Assembly (NCBI GenBank): GCA_033763455.1
Contig: JANRKO010000089.1
Span: 1-64,000 of the forward strand
From: Polyangiaceae bacterium
GTDB taxonomy: Bacteria > Myxococcota_A > Polyangia > Polyangiales > Polyangiaceae
Reading direction: 5' to 3'
Length of the DNA stretch: 64,000 nucleotides
Shown piece after piece: positions 49,990 to 59,245 of this stretch. The position numbers and the translations under genes are program-made. Below the pieces are notes generated by a model. That model saw only the letters and a list, made by a program, of their open reading frames with translations. It did no database searches and had not been told where the DNA came from. Each line of letters opens with the position of its first letter. The stretch's first letter is position 1.

Positions 49990-50952
49990 ATGCGACGGAT
50001 CCTTGTTGGCGCCACGTTCCTTTTCGGCTGCGCCAGTGAGCCCAGCCTGAGCAGCGTGAGCCCATCTGGGCCGCCACCCAGCTGCGCTGTGGAGGCGTTA
50101 ACGTGTGGGGCCAATAGCGTGAGCTGTTGTGCTTCGGCGAAAGTTCCGGGCGGCTCGTTTATGCGCGATGCCGAGAGTGTTTTCCCAGCAACGGTGAGCG
50201 CGTTCGATCTGGACCAATATGAGGTAACGGTAGGTCGTTTTCGAGCTTTCGTTTCCCAGTACGACGCGTGGCGTGCCGGTGGGCATCCGTTCGCGGGCGA
50301 AGGTGCGCATCCGCACGCTCTGGAGATGCGTTGGCAAAGCGAATTCGATGTCGAGCTACCCCAAACGGCCCAAGAGCTGACGAGCGCAATTACAAGCGCG
50401 CGTTGCGTGCCCCACGAAGTAACCTGGACGGATGCGCCGGCCAATAACGAAGATTTACCGATGAACTGTGTTACTTGGTACGAGGCCTACGCTTTTTGCA
50501 TTTGGGATGGTGCTCGCCTTGCTACGGAGGCTGAGTGGGCATTTGCCGCCGCGGGGGGAGGCGAGCAGCGCCTGTATCCGTGGGGCGAAACGCCACCGGG
50601 CAAAAATACCGAGCTGGCCGTTTACAGTTGCCTGTACTCAGGCACTTCGGGTTGCTCGTACCGAGACATTGCTAAGGTTGGCTCAGCTCCGGCGGGTAAC
50701 GCAAAGTGGGGGCATGTGGATCTCGCGGGCAGCATGCGCGAGTGGGTGTTTGATCGTTTCCAGGATCCCTATCCTAACGCCACCTGCACGGATTGCGTCA
50801 ATGCTACGCTCGGCCAAGAGCGCGTCTTTCGCGGGGGAAGTTGGTACAACGGCGAAGTGAGCCTGCGTACAAATATTCGAAACAACAATTTGCCCACGTT
50901 TCGCAGCGATAGCCTCGGTATTCGTTGCGCGCGAGATTACTTCGCGAGGTAA
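49990..50952 (+). CDS. FGE-sulfatase/SUMF1-domain lipoprotein
   Basis: LFGC lipobox; YEVTVGRF, PMNCVTW, RLATEAEW, DLAGSMREW, RGGSW and GIRCAR motifs. Confidence 0.9.
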   Translation: MRRILVGATFLFGCASEPSLSSVSPSGPPPSCAVEALTCGANSVSCCASAKVPGGSFMRDAESVFPATVSAFDLDQYEVTVGRFRAFVSQYDAWRAGGHPFAGEGAHPHALEMRWQSEFDVELPQTAQELTSAITSARCVPHEVTWTDAPANNEDLPMNCVTWYEAYAFCIWDGARLATEAEWAFAAAGGGEQRLYPWGETPPGKNTELAVYSCLYSGTSGCSYRDIAKVGSAPAGNAKWGHVDLAGSMREWVFDRFQDPYPNATCTDCVNATLGQERVFRGGSWYNGEVSLRTNIRNNNLPTFRSDSLGIRCARDYFAR

Positions 50953-50997
50953 GGTCCCCGTCCCGACTGACCCGGGCAGATGCGTTTTGGTCGTCAA

Positions 50998-51495
50998 TCA
51001 GGCCTCCCGTAAGCCGGCAGCCAGCAGTGCGCGACCTATCACCTCCTCGGACGTGCCCTCGATCTCGACTACCAGCGCGTGAGCTGGCTCTTCGAGTGTC
51101 TCAAACTGACTGCGAAGAAGCGCTGGATTCATAAAGTGGCCGGCGCGGCTCCGCAGACGCTTCGCAATCACGGCTTCGGTGCCTTTAAGGTAGATGAACT
51201 GCACGTTCGAAAGCCCCTGCTGCAAACGCGTTCGATAGGCCTCGCGCAATGCGGAGCAGGCTAGAAATACGTCCTTTTCACACTTGGAAAGCCTTAAGAG
51301 CTCCGCGTTCAACGCGTTGAGCCACTCCCACCTGTCCTCATCGCAGAGAGGAATTCCGGAAGTTAACTTGAGTTTATTTGCTGGGGGGTGAAAATCATCT
51401 GCATCCAAGTAGTGGCCGGCGCAGCGTGAAGCTAGCGCTTGCGCCACTGTGCTTTTCCCGCACCCCGATACTCCCATTACGATGTAGATATTCAT
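50998..51495 (-). CDS. Gluconokinase (GntK/IdnK type)
   Basis: VMGVSGCGKST, DADDFHP, ACSALR, GHFM and SQFETLEEP motifs. Confidence 0.92.
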   Translation of the reverse strand: MNIYIVMGVSGCGKSTVAQALASRCAGHYLDADDFHPPANKLKLTSGIPLCDEDRWEWLNALNAELLRLSKCEKDVFLACSALREAYRTRLQQGLSNVQFIYLKGTEAVIAKRLRSRAGHFMNPALLRSQFETLEEPAHALVVEIEGTSEEVIGRALLAAGLREA

Positions 51496-51496
51496 G

Positions 51497-52579
51497 TCAT
51501 TTTGTGTCGTTCGAAAATAGTTGGCTTGGCTTAGCACTTTCTTGAAGTCGAGGCCCAGTGGAGTGCCGGACGACTAACCTAGCCCGGACTCGCTCCGGAG
51601 CGCCCGTTTGCTCACCTCGGATCTTTGCCAGGAGCAACGCTGTCGCCCGACTCATGAGCTCATCGGCGTTTGGATCTACGCTCGTCAAGGCTGGCTGGGC
51701 ATACGCCAAAAGTGGCATGTTGTCGTAGCCAACCACGGAGATGTCTTCTGGAACTCGTAGCCCAAGCTCGCAAAGGCCCGCGATCAAGCCGGTGGCCATG
51801 CGGTCATTGATCACCAATACGGCACGGAACTTTGGCAGCTGTTGCGCAACTTGGCCCGCCGCCGCGTAGCCTTGCTCCGGCTCTGCTCGCAAATGCTTGT
51901 CCACCAAAACGCTCAGCGTGGCATGTTCGAACGGTAGCTTCGCGAGCCGGAGTGCGAGGCGAACCCCCCGCAGCCGAGCGCGCGAATAGCGAGCTTTGCC
52001 GTCAATTCCTAGCAGGATCAGGTGTCGGTGCCCAAGCGCGAGAAGGTGTTGGGTGGCCTCGCGCATGCCATAGGCGCGGTCGACTCCAAGACTGCTAGCT
52101 TCTGGGCCCACTAATGGATCGATACGTAGGCCAGGAGTGCCATCGCTGGTAAGGCGGGCCCATTCGTGTTCGCTCAAGCGTGACGCAAACGTGGAGATCC
52201 CTGCCACGCGCAACGCAGCGAAGTCTTGCAGAACACGAGCCTCCTCGGCGGCGTCGTCATTGGACATGCCGAGGATCACGCGGAAACCATGAGTTTCAAG
52301 CTCTCGCCGCAATACTTCTATTTTTGGCCCCAGGTGGAAGGTTTCTAGATTCGGCACGCAGACGCCAATATGGTCCGTTCGTCCACGCCTTAGGCCCTGT
52401 GCCAACGAATTGGGGCGAAACCCTGACGTACGCATGGCGTCGGCCACAGCTTTTACTGTCTCCGCTCCGACGCCCTTTTGCCCGTTCAATGCGCGCGACA
52501 CGGTCCAGCGGGAGACGCCAAGCTTCTGCGCAAGCTCCGCGGTGGAGTGGATAGCTCGGGATTTGTTCAGCTTTTTCAT
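51497..52579 (-). CDS. LacI-family regulator
   Basis: LGVSRWTVSRALNG HTH, PNSLAQGL hinge, VPEDISVVGYDN. Confidence 0.92.
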   Translation of the reverse strand: MKKLNKSRAIHSTAELAQKLGVSRWTVSRALNGQKGVGAETVKAVADAMRTSGFRPNSLAQGLRRGRTDHIGVCVPNLETFHLGPKIEVLRRELETHGFRVILGMSNDDAAEEARVLQDFAALRVAGISTFASRLSEHEWARLTSDGTPGLRIDPLVGPEASSLGVDRAYGMREATQHLLALGHRHLILLGIDGKARYSRARLRGVRLALRLAKLPFEHATLSVLVDKHLRAEPEQGYAAAGQVAQQLPKFRAVLVINDRMATGLIAGLCELGLRVPEDISVVGYDNMPLLAYAQPALTSVDPNADELMSRATALLLAKIRGEQTGAPERVRARLVVRHSTGPRLQESAKPSQLFSNDTK

Positions 52580-52596
52580 TTTTGATTGGTGGGTAG

Positions 52597-52612
52597 CCTA
52601 ACACGTGTTAGG
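52597..52612. promoter_or_regulatory. Putative LacI-type operator
   Basis: Perfect 16-bp palindrome CCTAACACGTGTTAGG with central CG in the 50-bp divergent spacer. Confidence 0.75.
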
Positions 52613-52629
52613 TTCCCTCTACCTCAACT

Positions 52630-53787
52630 ATGGAAAAAGTACGACTTGGGATTATTGGCCTCGGTTCGATGGGCTCAGCGCATGCCCGCTGGATCTTGGA
52701 GGGTAAGGTGCCGGGGCTGGAGCTCGCTGCCGTCGCTGATATTGCACCGGAACAATTGGCTCCGTTTCCAACGGCTCGGCACTTCGAAACCGGCGGTGCC
52801 ATGTTCGCGTCGAAGAGCGTTGACGCGGTGCTCATCGCTACGCCGCACTTTTTTCATACCACGCTTGGGATAGAGGCGCTCGCCGCTGGGCTGCATGTGC
52901 TCACTGAGAAGCCGATTTCGGTGCACAAAGCCGATTGTGAGCGTTTGATTGCTGCCCACACGGACAAGAGCTTGGTGTTTGCGGCTATGTTCAACCAGCG
53001 TACGGATCCGCGTTATATCAAGCTGCGGGAGCTGATTCAGAGTGGGGAGCTAGGCACGATTCGCAGGGTGCAATGGACCGTCACCAACTGGTTTCGTTCG
53101 GACGCGTATTATGCTTCGGGTGGTTGGCGGGCGACTTGGGCGGGAGAGGGAGGGGGCGTGCTGCTCAACCAGTGCCCGCACAACCTGGACTTGTTCCAAT
53201 GGCTTTTCGGGATGCCCTCGCACATGCAAGCCCATTGTTCGTTTGGGCGTTACCACGACATCGAAGTGGAGGACGACGTGACGGCGTTCATGGAGTTTAA
53301 AGGGGGGGCCACGGCCACGTTCATTGCCTCCACTGGCGAGGCCCCGGGCACCAATCGTCTGGAAATCGCGGCCGACCGCGGGCGCGTAGTGTTCGAACAC
53401 GGCAAGATCGAATTCTTGCGCACCGTGTGTTCCAACGAGGCGTATTGCCGGACAACGAGCGAAAGGTGGCAAGGGCCCGATACGTGGACCGTCCAGATCC
53501 CAGTAGAAGGCACCGGCGACCAACACCTCGGGATTTTGCGCAATTTCACCGAAGCAGTGCTTCACGGAGTGCCACTTATCGCCCCGGCCGAGGAAGGGAT
53601 CTATTCGGTTGAGTTGGCTAACGCCATGTTGCTTTCAGCGTTTGAGCAGCGCACAGTTGATTTGCCGTTGGATGCGGCGCATTACGCTCAGGTTCTCGCT
53701 CAGAGGATCGCAGGGTCCCGCAAGAAAACGGGCACGGCCCCGCCGCGTGTAGCGCGCGACCTCGCAAATTCCTTTGGGCGCCACTGA
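52630..53787 (+). CDS. Gfo/Idh/MocA oxidoreductase
   Basis: GIIGLGSMG, IATPH, EKP, WAGEGGGVLLNQCPHNLD motifs. Confidence 0.92.
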   Translation: MEKVRLGIIGLGSMGSAHARWILEGKVPGLELAAVADIAPEQLAPFPTARHFETGGAMFASKSVDAVLIATPHFFHTTLGIEALAAGLHVLTEKPISVHKADCERLIAAHTDKSLVFAAMFNQRTDPRYIKLRELIQSGELGTIRRVQWTVTNWFRSDAYYASGGWRATWAGEGGGVLLNQCPHNLDLFQWLFGMPSHMQAHCSFGRYHDIEVEDDVTAFMEFKGGATATFIASTGEAPGTNRLEIAADRGRVVFEHGKIEFLRTVCSNEAYCRTTSERWQGPDTWTVQIPVEGTGDQHLGILRNFTEAVLHGVPLIAPAEEGIYSVELANAMLLSAFEQRTVDLPLDAAHYAQVLAQRIAGSRKKTGTAPPRVARDLANSFGRH

Positions 53788-53804
53788 GCTTTGGAGCTGA
53801 GCCA

Positions 53805-54869
53805 ATGAAAGATGGAATGAACTACGCACCCAAGGGTAAGCCACGGCCCGTGGTAGGTCCGCGGGAGTTTGTGTTCGCAGCAGCGCATCTCGATCACGGG
53901 CACATCTACGGTCAATGCAACGGCCTACGAGAAGCAGGCGGCACGCTGAAGTGGGTGTACGAGCCCGATGCGGAGAAGCTCGCGAGGTTTTTGCAAACGT
54001 ACCCGGAGGTACAGGCGGCGGATAGCTTAGACCGCATCCTTGATGATCCAGAGGTTAGGCTCGTGGCGGCGGCGGCTATCCCCAACCTGCGTGGGCCTTT
54101 GGGATGCCGCGTGATGCGGGCAGGGAAAGATTACTTCACGGATAAGACGCCCTTCACAACGCTTGCTCAGCTTGAGGAGGCTCGGCAAGCGGTGCTCGAT
54201 ACGGGACGAAAGTACGCCGTCTACTACAGCGAGCGTTTGCATGTAGAATGTGCAGTGTTCGCGAGCGAACTCTTGGAGCAGGGGGCGATAGGTCGGGTGG
54301 TCTCCGTCACGGGTTTTGGTCCACACCGGTTGGATGCGCCTAGCAGGCCCGCGTGGTTCTTTGATCGCGAGCAATACGGCGGGATCTTGTGTGACATCGG
54401 CAGCCACCAGTTTGAGCAGTTTCTCCATTATAGCGGAGCTACCGACGCGACAGTGCTTTCAGCAACGGTCTCCAATACGCATAGCCCCGCTTACCCAGAA
54501 CTTGAAGATCTCGGGGAGGCGCACCTTCTCGGAAACAATGGCGCCACCAACTACGTGCGTGTGGATTGGCTCACTCCAAAAGCTTCCAGGATCTGGGGCG
54601 ATGGCCGCACCTTCATTTTGGGAACGGAGGGCTACATCGAAATGCGCAAATACATAGAAGTTGGGAGGGAAGATGGTGGGGATCAGCTCTACTTAGTGAA
54701 CAACAAGGTGGAGCAACGCTTCAGTTTGAAGGGCCAGGTGGGGTTCCCTTTCTTTGGTCGCCTCATTCTGGATTGCCTGGAGCGCACTGAACACGCAATG
54801 ACGCAGGCCCACGCCTTTAAGGCTGCGGAGCTCTGCCTTTTGGCTCAAGCGAAAGCACAACGGGTATGA
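53805..54869 (+). CDS. Gfo/Idh/MocA oxidoreductase
   Basis: DGMNYAP, LDHGHI, GKDYFTDK, GPHR and GGILCDIGSHQ motifs. Confidence 0.88.
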   Translation: MKDGMNYAPKGKPRPVVGPREFVFAAAHLDHGHIYGQCNGLREAGGTLKWVYEPDAEKLARFLQTYPEVQAADSLDRILDDPEVRLVAAAAIPNLRGPLGCRVMRAGKDYFTDKTPFTTLAQLEEARQAVLDTGRKYAVYYSERLHVECAVFASELLEQGAIGRVVSVTGFGPHRLDAPSRPAWFFDREQYGGILCDIGSHQFEQFLHYSGATDATVLSATVSNTHSPAYPELEDLGEAHLLGNNGATNYVRVDWLTPKASRIWGDGRTFILGTEGYIEMRKYIEVGREDGGDQLYLVNNKVEQRFSLKGQVGFPFFGRLILDCLERTEHAMTQAHAFKAAELCLLAQAKAQRV

Positions 54870-56122
54870 TTCACTCACTCACTTTGCCGGAGGGCACACA
54901 GGCCAGGATCCGCCATGCGGTTCTAAACACTCCAACGTACGACATTCACACGCACCTTTACGATCCCGCGCTCGAAGGGCTTTTGCTCTGGGGTATCGAT
55001 GAACAGCTAACGTATCACTATCTCGTAGCGGAAGCGTTTCGCCATCTGGAGATGCCCTACACGGCCTATTGGGAGCTCGAAAAGTCAGCTCAAGCAGAGC
55101 TAGTTTGGGATACTCTGTTTCAGAAGCAAAGCCCGCTTTCGGAGGCCACCCGCGGCTTGGTCACCACACTTCACGCCCTCGGGCTGGATCCGAAGAAAGA
55201 CGGCCTTCCAAAGATCCGGCGTTGGTTTGCAGAGCAGAAGCTACCCGCATTTGTAGATCGGGTGATGGAGCTCGCGCATGTTCACACGTTCTGCATGACC
55301 AATTCGCCCTTCGATGCCAAAGAGCGTTCATTCTGGGAGCGTGGGTTTGTTCGTGATGAAAGGTTTACCGCGGCGCTTCGAATCGATCCGCTGCTCGTGG
55401 ATTGGAAAAATGCGTCAAAGGAGCTCGCTCAGCAGGGCTACCAAGTAAGCTTAGAATTGGGCGAAAAATGCCTTTCAGAGGTGCGTCGTTTCCTCGGGGA
55501 TTGGTCGAAGAAGCTCGACGCAAAATACGTCATGGTCTCCCTGGAGCCGAGCTTTGCGTACCCAGATGCCTCCGAGGTGGCCACTCTCATCGATGGCGCA
55601 GTGCTCCCCCATTGCGAGGAATACGGGCTGCCTTTTGCTCTGATGCCGGGTGTGGTGCGCCAGGCAAATCCAGCGCTCAGGTTGGCGGGGGACGGCGTCG
55701 GCAGGGCGGATCTTTCCGCGTACCAAAGGCTCATTGCTGCGCACCCGCACCACAAGTTTCTGGTGACGGCATTGGCTCGCGAGAATCAGCACGAGTTGTG
55801 CGTGATGGCGAGGAAGTTCCGGAATCTACACGTGTTCGGGTGTTGGTGGTTTACCAATATTCCCGTCGCGATAAGCGACATGACTCGCATGCGATTGGAG
55901 CTCTTGGGCTCAAGCTTCACCCCCCAACACTCAGACGCTCGCGTGCTCGATCAGGTGATTTATAAGTGGCAACATTCGCGTGAAATCCTGTCGGATGTGC
56001 TGGTTGAAAAGTATGGGGATTTGCAGCGCGTTGGCTGGGAGGTTACGGATGCTGAGATCCAGCGCGACGTAAAGCGGCTGTTTGGCGGCGCATTTGAAGA
56101 GTTTCTGCGTGCCACCTTCTGA
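54866..56122 (+). CDS. Uronate (glucuronate) isomerase, divergent amidohydrolase-fold type
   Basis: DIHTH, LLWGIDEQLTYHYLVAE, GCWWF and PQHSDARVLDQ motifs. Confidence 0.85.
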   Translation: MIHSLTLPEGTQARIRHAVLNTPTYDIHTHLYDPALEGLLLWGIDEQLTYHYLVAEAFRHLEMPYTAYWELEKSAQAELVWDTLFQKQSPLSEATRGLVTTLHALGLDPKKDGLPKIRRWFAEQKLPAFVDRVMELAHVHTFCMTNSPFDAKERSFWERGFVRDERFTAALRIDPLLVDWKNASKELAQQGYQVSLELGEKCLSEVRRFLGDWSKKLDAKYVMVSLEPSFAYPDASEVATLIDGAVLPHCEEYGLPFALMPGVVRQANPALRLAGDGVGRADLSAYQRLIAAHPHHKFLVTALARENQHELCVMARKFRNLHVFGCWWFTNIPVAISDMTRMRLELLGSSFTPQHSDARVLDQVIYKWQHSREILSDVLVEKYGDLQRVGWEVTDAEIQRDVKRLFGGAFEEFLRATF

Positions 56123-56170
56123 GTGAATCGCAGGCATCCGAGCGCCTAGGCGCCCGGCGCGTTGGGTAAC

Positions 56171-56854
56171 TTAGTTGTGCGGAGTGCCAAGCAATGCTGC
56201 AACCATGGAGGTGCGGTCAGGGCGAATGGAGAATTCGCCGTAGCAGAGCTGCCTCAGAATAGCGTCAGGCCGTAGGTGCCAGCTGGCCCAACTGAGCGGC
56301 GAATCACCGTTCACGTCCTTGGCATCAAGCCTTGCTCCGGCTGTCACCAAGAGCGCAACGGTCGCTTCGGTGCCAAACGCTGCCGCGCGGTGAAGGGGCG
56401 TTTCGCCTTTTGTTCTGGCGTCGCGCATGAAGGCACCCGTAACGGCTGAGGTATGGGTGGGGCGGTTTGGGTCGGCTCCGTTCGCCAGGAGTACCTTGAG
56501 CACCAGGTTCATGCTGGGGCTGTCTGCTCTGCAGATGGCGGCATGGAGGGGTGTTTCGCCAGTGTCTGGCAAGGGGAAATTCACGTCTGCGCCGTTTTCA
56601 ATCAAGAATTGGCAGAGCTGCCAATGCCCGTGAAATGCCGCACCATTCAGATCGAGGTTGGCCCCAAGTGTCTCCAGCTCAGCCCCATTCTTCACCAAAA
56701 AACGGATGGCGCTTACATCGCCGTAGTAGGCGCACCACTGAAGAAGCGAACCCCCCGCCTCATCCACCGAGTCAGCCGGGTGCCCCGCCGCCAAGTACTC
56801 AAAAACAAGATCGGTGCGCCCATCGATGATTCGTTCAAGTATTGCGGTGGCCAC
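56171..56854 (-). CDS. Ankyrin repeat protein
   Basis: GETPLHAA, GETPLHRAA, GDSPL and NGADVN/NGADPN repeats. Confidence 0.9.
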   Translation of the reverse strand: MATAILERIIDGRTDLVFEYLAAGHPADSVDEAGGSLLQWCAYYGDVSAIRFLVKNGAELETLGANLDLNGAAFHGHWQLCQFLIENGADVNFPLPDTGETPLHAAICRADSPSMNLVLKVLLANGADPNRPTHTSAVTGAFMRDARTKGETPLHRAAAFGTEATVALLVTAGARLDAKDVNGDSPLSWASWHLRPDAILRQLCYGEFSIRPDRTSMVAALLGTPHN

Positions 56855-57250
56855 GGTTGGTCTCCCTGAAAGGAAGCTGAGCGTAGCTCAAACTGGGTTC
56901 TTCACGCAAAGTGCACGATAAGTAACCAGTGCCTCTTCAGGCACTTAGCGTGAGCGGTGTGGTGCTGCCGCCGCCAAGGTGAGCACTTTTTCTAAGAGCA
57001 CTCGGGTGTCGGTTTCGTAGAGACGTGTGCGGGCATCTGTTCGAACTGGCACGTGACGAGCGAAGGATGGCGGCGGAGCCCGGAGCTTGGGCAAATGAGG
57101 GCTTCATGCACGGTACTGCCGCGAGGCGCCCCGTATTGTCAGAATTTTCTGCAAGGGAGCTGCCTTTTCTGGGGATACCTGCGAAAAGCCCCCGAATCAT
57201 CGTTGCGCGTTCGCACGAGGCGGCGCACAACTGAGCCCGTCAACCTCCCG

Positions 57251-57682
57251 ATGGAAAACTTCACTCCACTCACCTCTCTTGCTGGCGGACTCGTGATCGG
57301 CCTCGCATCCGCGTTGTTGCTCTTGTTGAACGGGCGCATAGCCGGAGTAAGTGGCATTGCTGGCGGGCTCTTGCGCTTCAAGCGCCACCATATGTTGTGG
57401 CGGGCGTTATTCGTAGCTGGGCTTGTGGCTGGCGGCGTGGTTTGGAATGCGTGGGCGCCGCAAGCTTTTGCATTCAAGCTTGAGCGGAGCTCTTGGGCTT
57501 TGATTGGCGCGGGCCTGCTCGTTGGGTTTGGCACTCAGCTTGGTGACGGCTGCACCAGTGGGCATGGGATCTGCGGCCTGAGCCGTTTTTCTCCGCGGTC
57601 GCTCGTAGCTGTATTGACGTTCATGGGTGCCGCGGCAATCACCGTGTTTGTGGTCGGGCGTTTTTTTGGGGGCACGCTATGA
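57251..57682 (+). CDS. YeeE/YedE sulfur-compound transporter family protein
   Basis: GRIAGVSG and GCTSGHGICGLSRFSPRS motifs; start ATG 57251. Confidence 0.9.
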   Translation: MENFTPLTSLAGGLVIGLASALLLLLNGRIAGVSGIAGGLLRFKRHHMLWRALFVAGLVAGGVVWNAWAPQAFAFKLERSSWALIGAGLLVGFGTQLGDGCTSGHGICGLSRFSPRSLVAVLTFMGAAAITVFVVGRFFGGTL

Positions 57683-58206
57683 ATCCAAGCGTAACCGACG
57701 GCATGGTTTCTAAAGGTCACGTTGACGACGCCACTCCAGGCTCCTTACGGTTCCTGGTAACCTCCTTCGTGAGTGGGCTCTTGTTTGCGTCCGGGCTAGT
57801 TCTGAGTGGGATGACGCGTCCTTCGAAGATCGTCGGCTTCTTCGATTTTTCAAGGGGGCTCGCGAGTTGGGATCCGAGCCTGGCGTTCGTGATGGCGGGA
57901 GCCATGGCCGTCTACGTGCCAGTTTGGCTACTCGTAAAGAAAAGAGAGCGCCCGCTGTTCGATCTGCGTTTTCACCTGCCAACACGCAGAGCCATTGACC
58001 CAAAGTTGGTCACGGGCGCGCTCTTGTTCGGCGTGGGGTGGGGGATAAGCGGCTTCTGTCCGGGCCCTGCGTTGGTGAGCCTAGGAGCGCTGTCCAAAGC
58101 CGGCATTCCGATGGTCGGCGGTATGGTGTTGGGGATCGTTGGCTTTCACACGCTGGAAAAGTGGCGTGGAGCGAAGGTCGCGCGAGCTCCGCAGGTAAGG
58201 GATTAA
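57679..58206 (+). CDS. YeeE/YedE partner membrane protein
   Basis: GLVLSGM, WDPSLAFVM and FGVGWGISGFCPGP motifs; ATGA overlap with the previous gene. Confidence 0.88.
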   Translation: MNPSVTDGMVSKGHVDDATPGSLRFLVTSFVSGLLFASGLVLSGMTRPSKIVGFFDFSRGLASWDPSLAFVMAGAMAVYVPVWLLVKKRERPLFDLRFHLPTRRAIDPKLVTGALLFGVGWGISGFCPGPALVSLGALSKAGIPMVGGMVLGIVGFHTLEKWRGAKVARAPQVRD

Positions 58207-58253
58207 CCTGGAGAGGGCAAGCGTGAACCGAAGGGGGATTCTGAGAAGTGGGA

Positions 58254-58275
58254 GAAACTTGTCATGGCAAGTTTC
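58254..58275. repeat. Copy of the dispersed 22-bp palindrome
   Basis: GAAACTT-GTCATGGC-AAGTTTC between the convergent YeeE partner and methyltransferase genes. Confidence 0.8.
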
Positions 58276-58321
58276 TTCCTCAGTCTCCACGGCACCGCGC
58301 CGGTGGGGTGGTGCCATGTTT

Positions 58322-59245
58322 CTAAAGCGCGCGCGGCAACGGACGCTGTTCCCCGAGCATCCGCGCCAACCGCTTCTGTGCTACTTCGTACGCTAGCTCC
58401 CCTTGATCGATTCCCGCAAAGCGCCGCCCCAATTTAGCGGCTGCCACGAGTGTCGTGCCGGATCCGCACATGGGGTCGAGGACGCGGCTACCCAACAAAC
58501 TAGAAGCTAAGATGATTCTTTCGAGTAGCTTCTCGGGTTTTTGGGTGGGGTAACCCGTGGCTTCATCGTTGAGCGGAGTGTTGGCCCGCATGGATTTGCA
58601 GTCTGTCCACACGCTGCCGAGGCGTCGGCCAGCGTCGGCATAGTAGCGGTAGGCTTTGCCATTGATGACGCGTTCCCGGTAGCGGCGACCGTCGGCATCC
58701 GTGTTGGAGAAGTGCATTTCCAGGCTGGTGGCGGCGTAAGATTCGCGCAGCGTGGGCTCGTCCCCATTCCAGATGAAGGCCGAGGTTTTGGAGTAGATCA
58801 AAATGGTTTGGTGCGTAACGCTCGGCCCGCTCCTGCGGCGGCCACCGTTGCCTGGCACCCAAATGATTTCTCCCTGGAAAGCTGCGCGCCCAAACACGCG
58901 ATCTAAGATCACTTTGGCATCGTGGATCCCGCGATAATCCAGCTGTAGCCAGAGGCTGCCCTGATCGGACAACGCCTCGCGCATCGCGACCACTCGGGGT
59001 TCCAACATTTCGCAGAAAGCGTCCAACCCTCCCCAGGCGTCGCGATAGGCAGCTTCGCCCGTGACGCGCTCACCGGTTTCACCACGAGCCCCGCGCGTGC
59101 CACCGGCATTGAACGGTGGGTCGACGTAGATCAGATCGAATGCGCCTCCTCCGTCGCTAGCCAAGCGGGGGATCCACTTTAGGCAATCCCCATGCTGCAA
59201 AACCCCGTGTTCGAAGCGAATGGCCGAGGGGGCCTCGCTTCTCAT
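58322..59245 (-). CDS. Site-specific DNA amino-methyltransferase (beta class)
   Basis: Motif IV DPPF precedes motif I VLDPMCGSGTT; YPTQKPEKLLERII. Confidence 0.9.
   Translation of the reverse strand: MRSEAPSAIRFEHGVLQHGDCLKWIPRLASDGGGAFDLIYVDPPFNAGGTRGARGETGERVTGEAAYRDAWGGLDAFCEMLEPRVVAMREALSDQGSLWLQLDYRGIHDAKVILDRVFGRAAFQGEIIWVPGNGGRRRSGPSVTHQTILIYSKTSAFIWNGDEPTLRESYAATSLEMHFSNTDADGRRYRERVINGKAYRYYADAGRRLGSVWTDCKSMRANTPLNDEATGYPTQKPEKLLERIILASSLLGSRVLDPMCGSGTTLVAAAKLGRRFAGIDQGELAYEVAQKRLARMLGEQRPLPRAL

Noticed and set aside
57047..57061. Sigma-54 promoter TGGCACGTGACGAGC upstream of the YeeE pair
   Set aside because: The -24 element is good but the -12 element (GAGC versus TTGC) is weak; not supportable alone.
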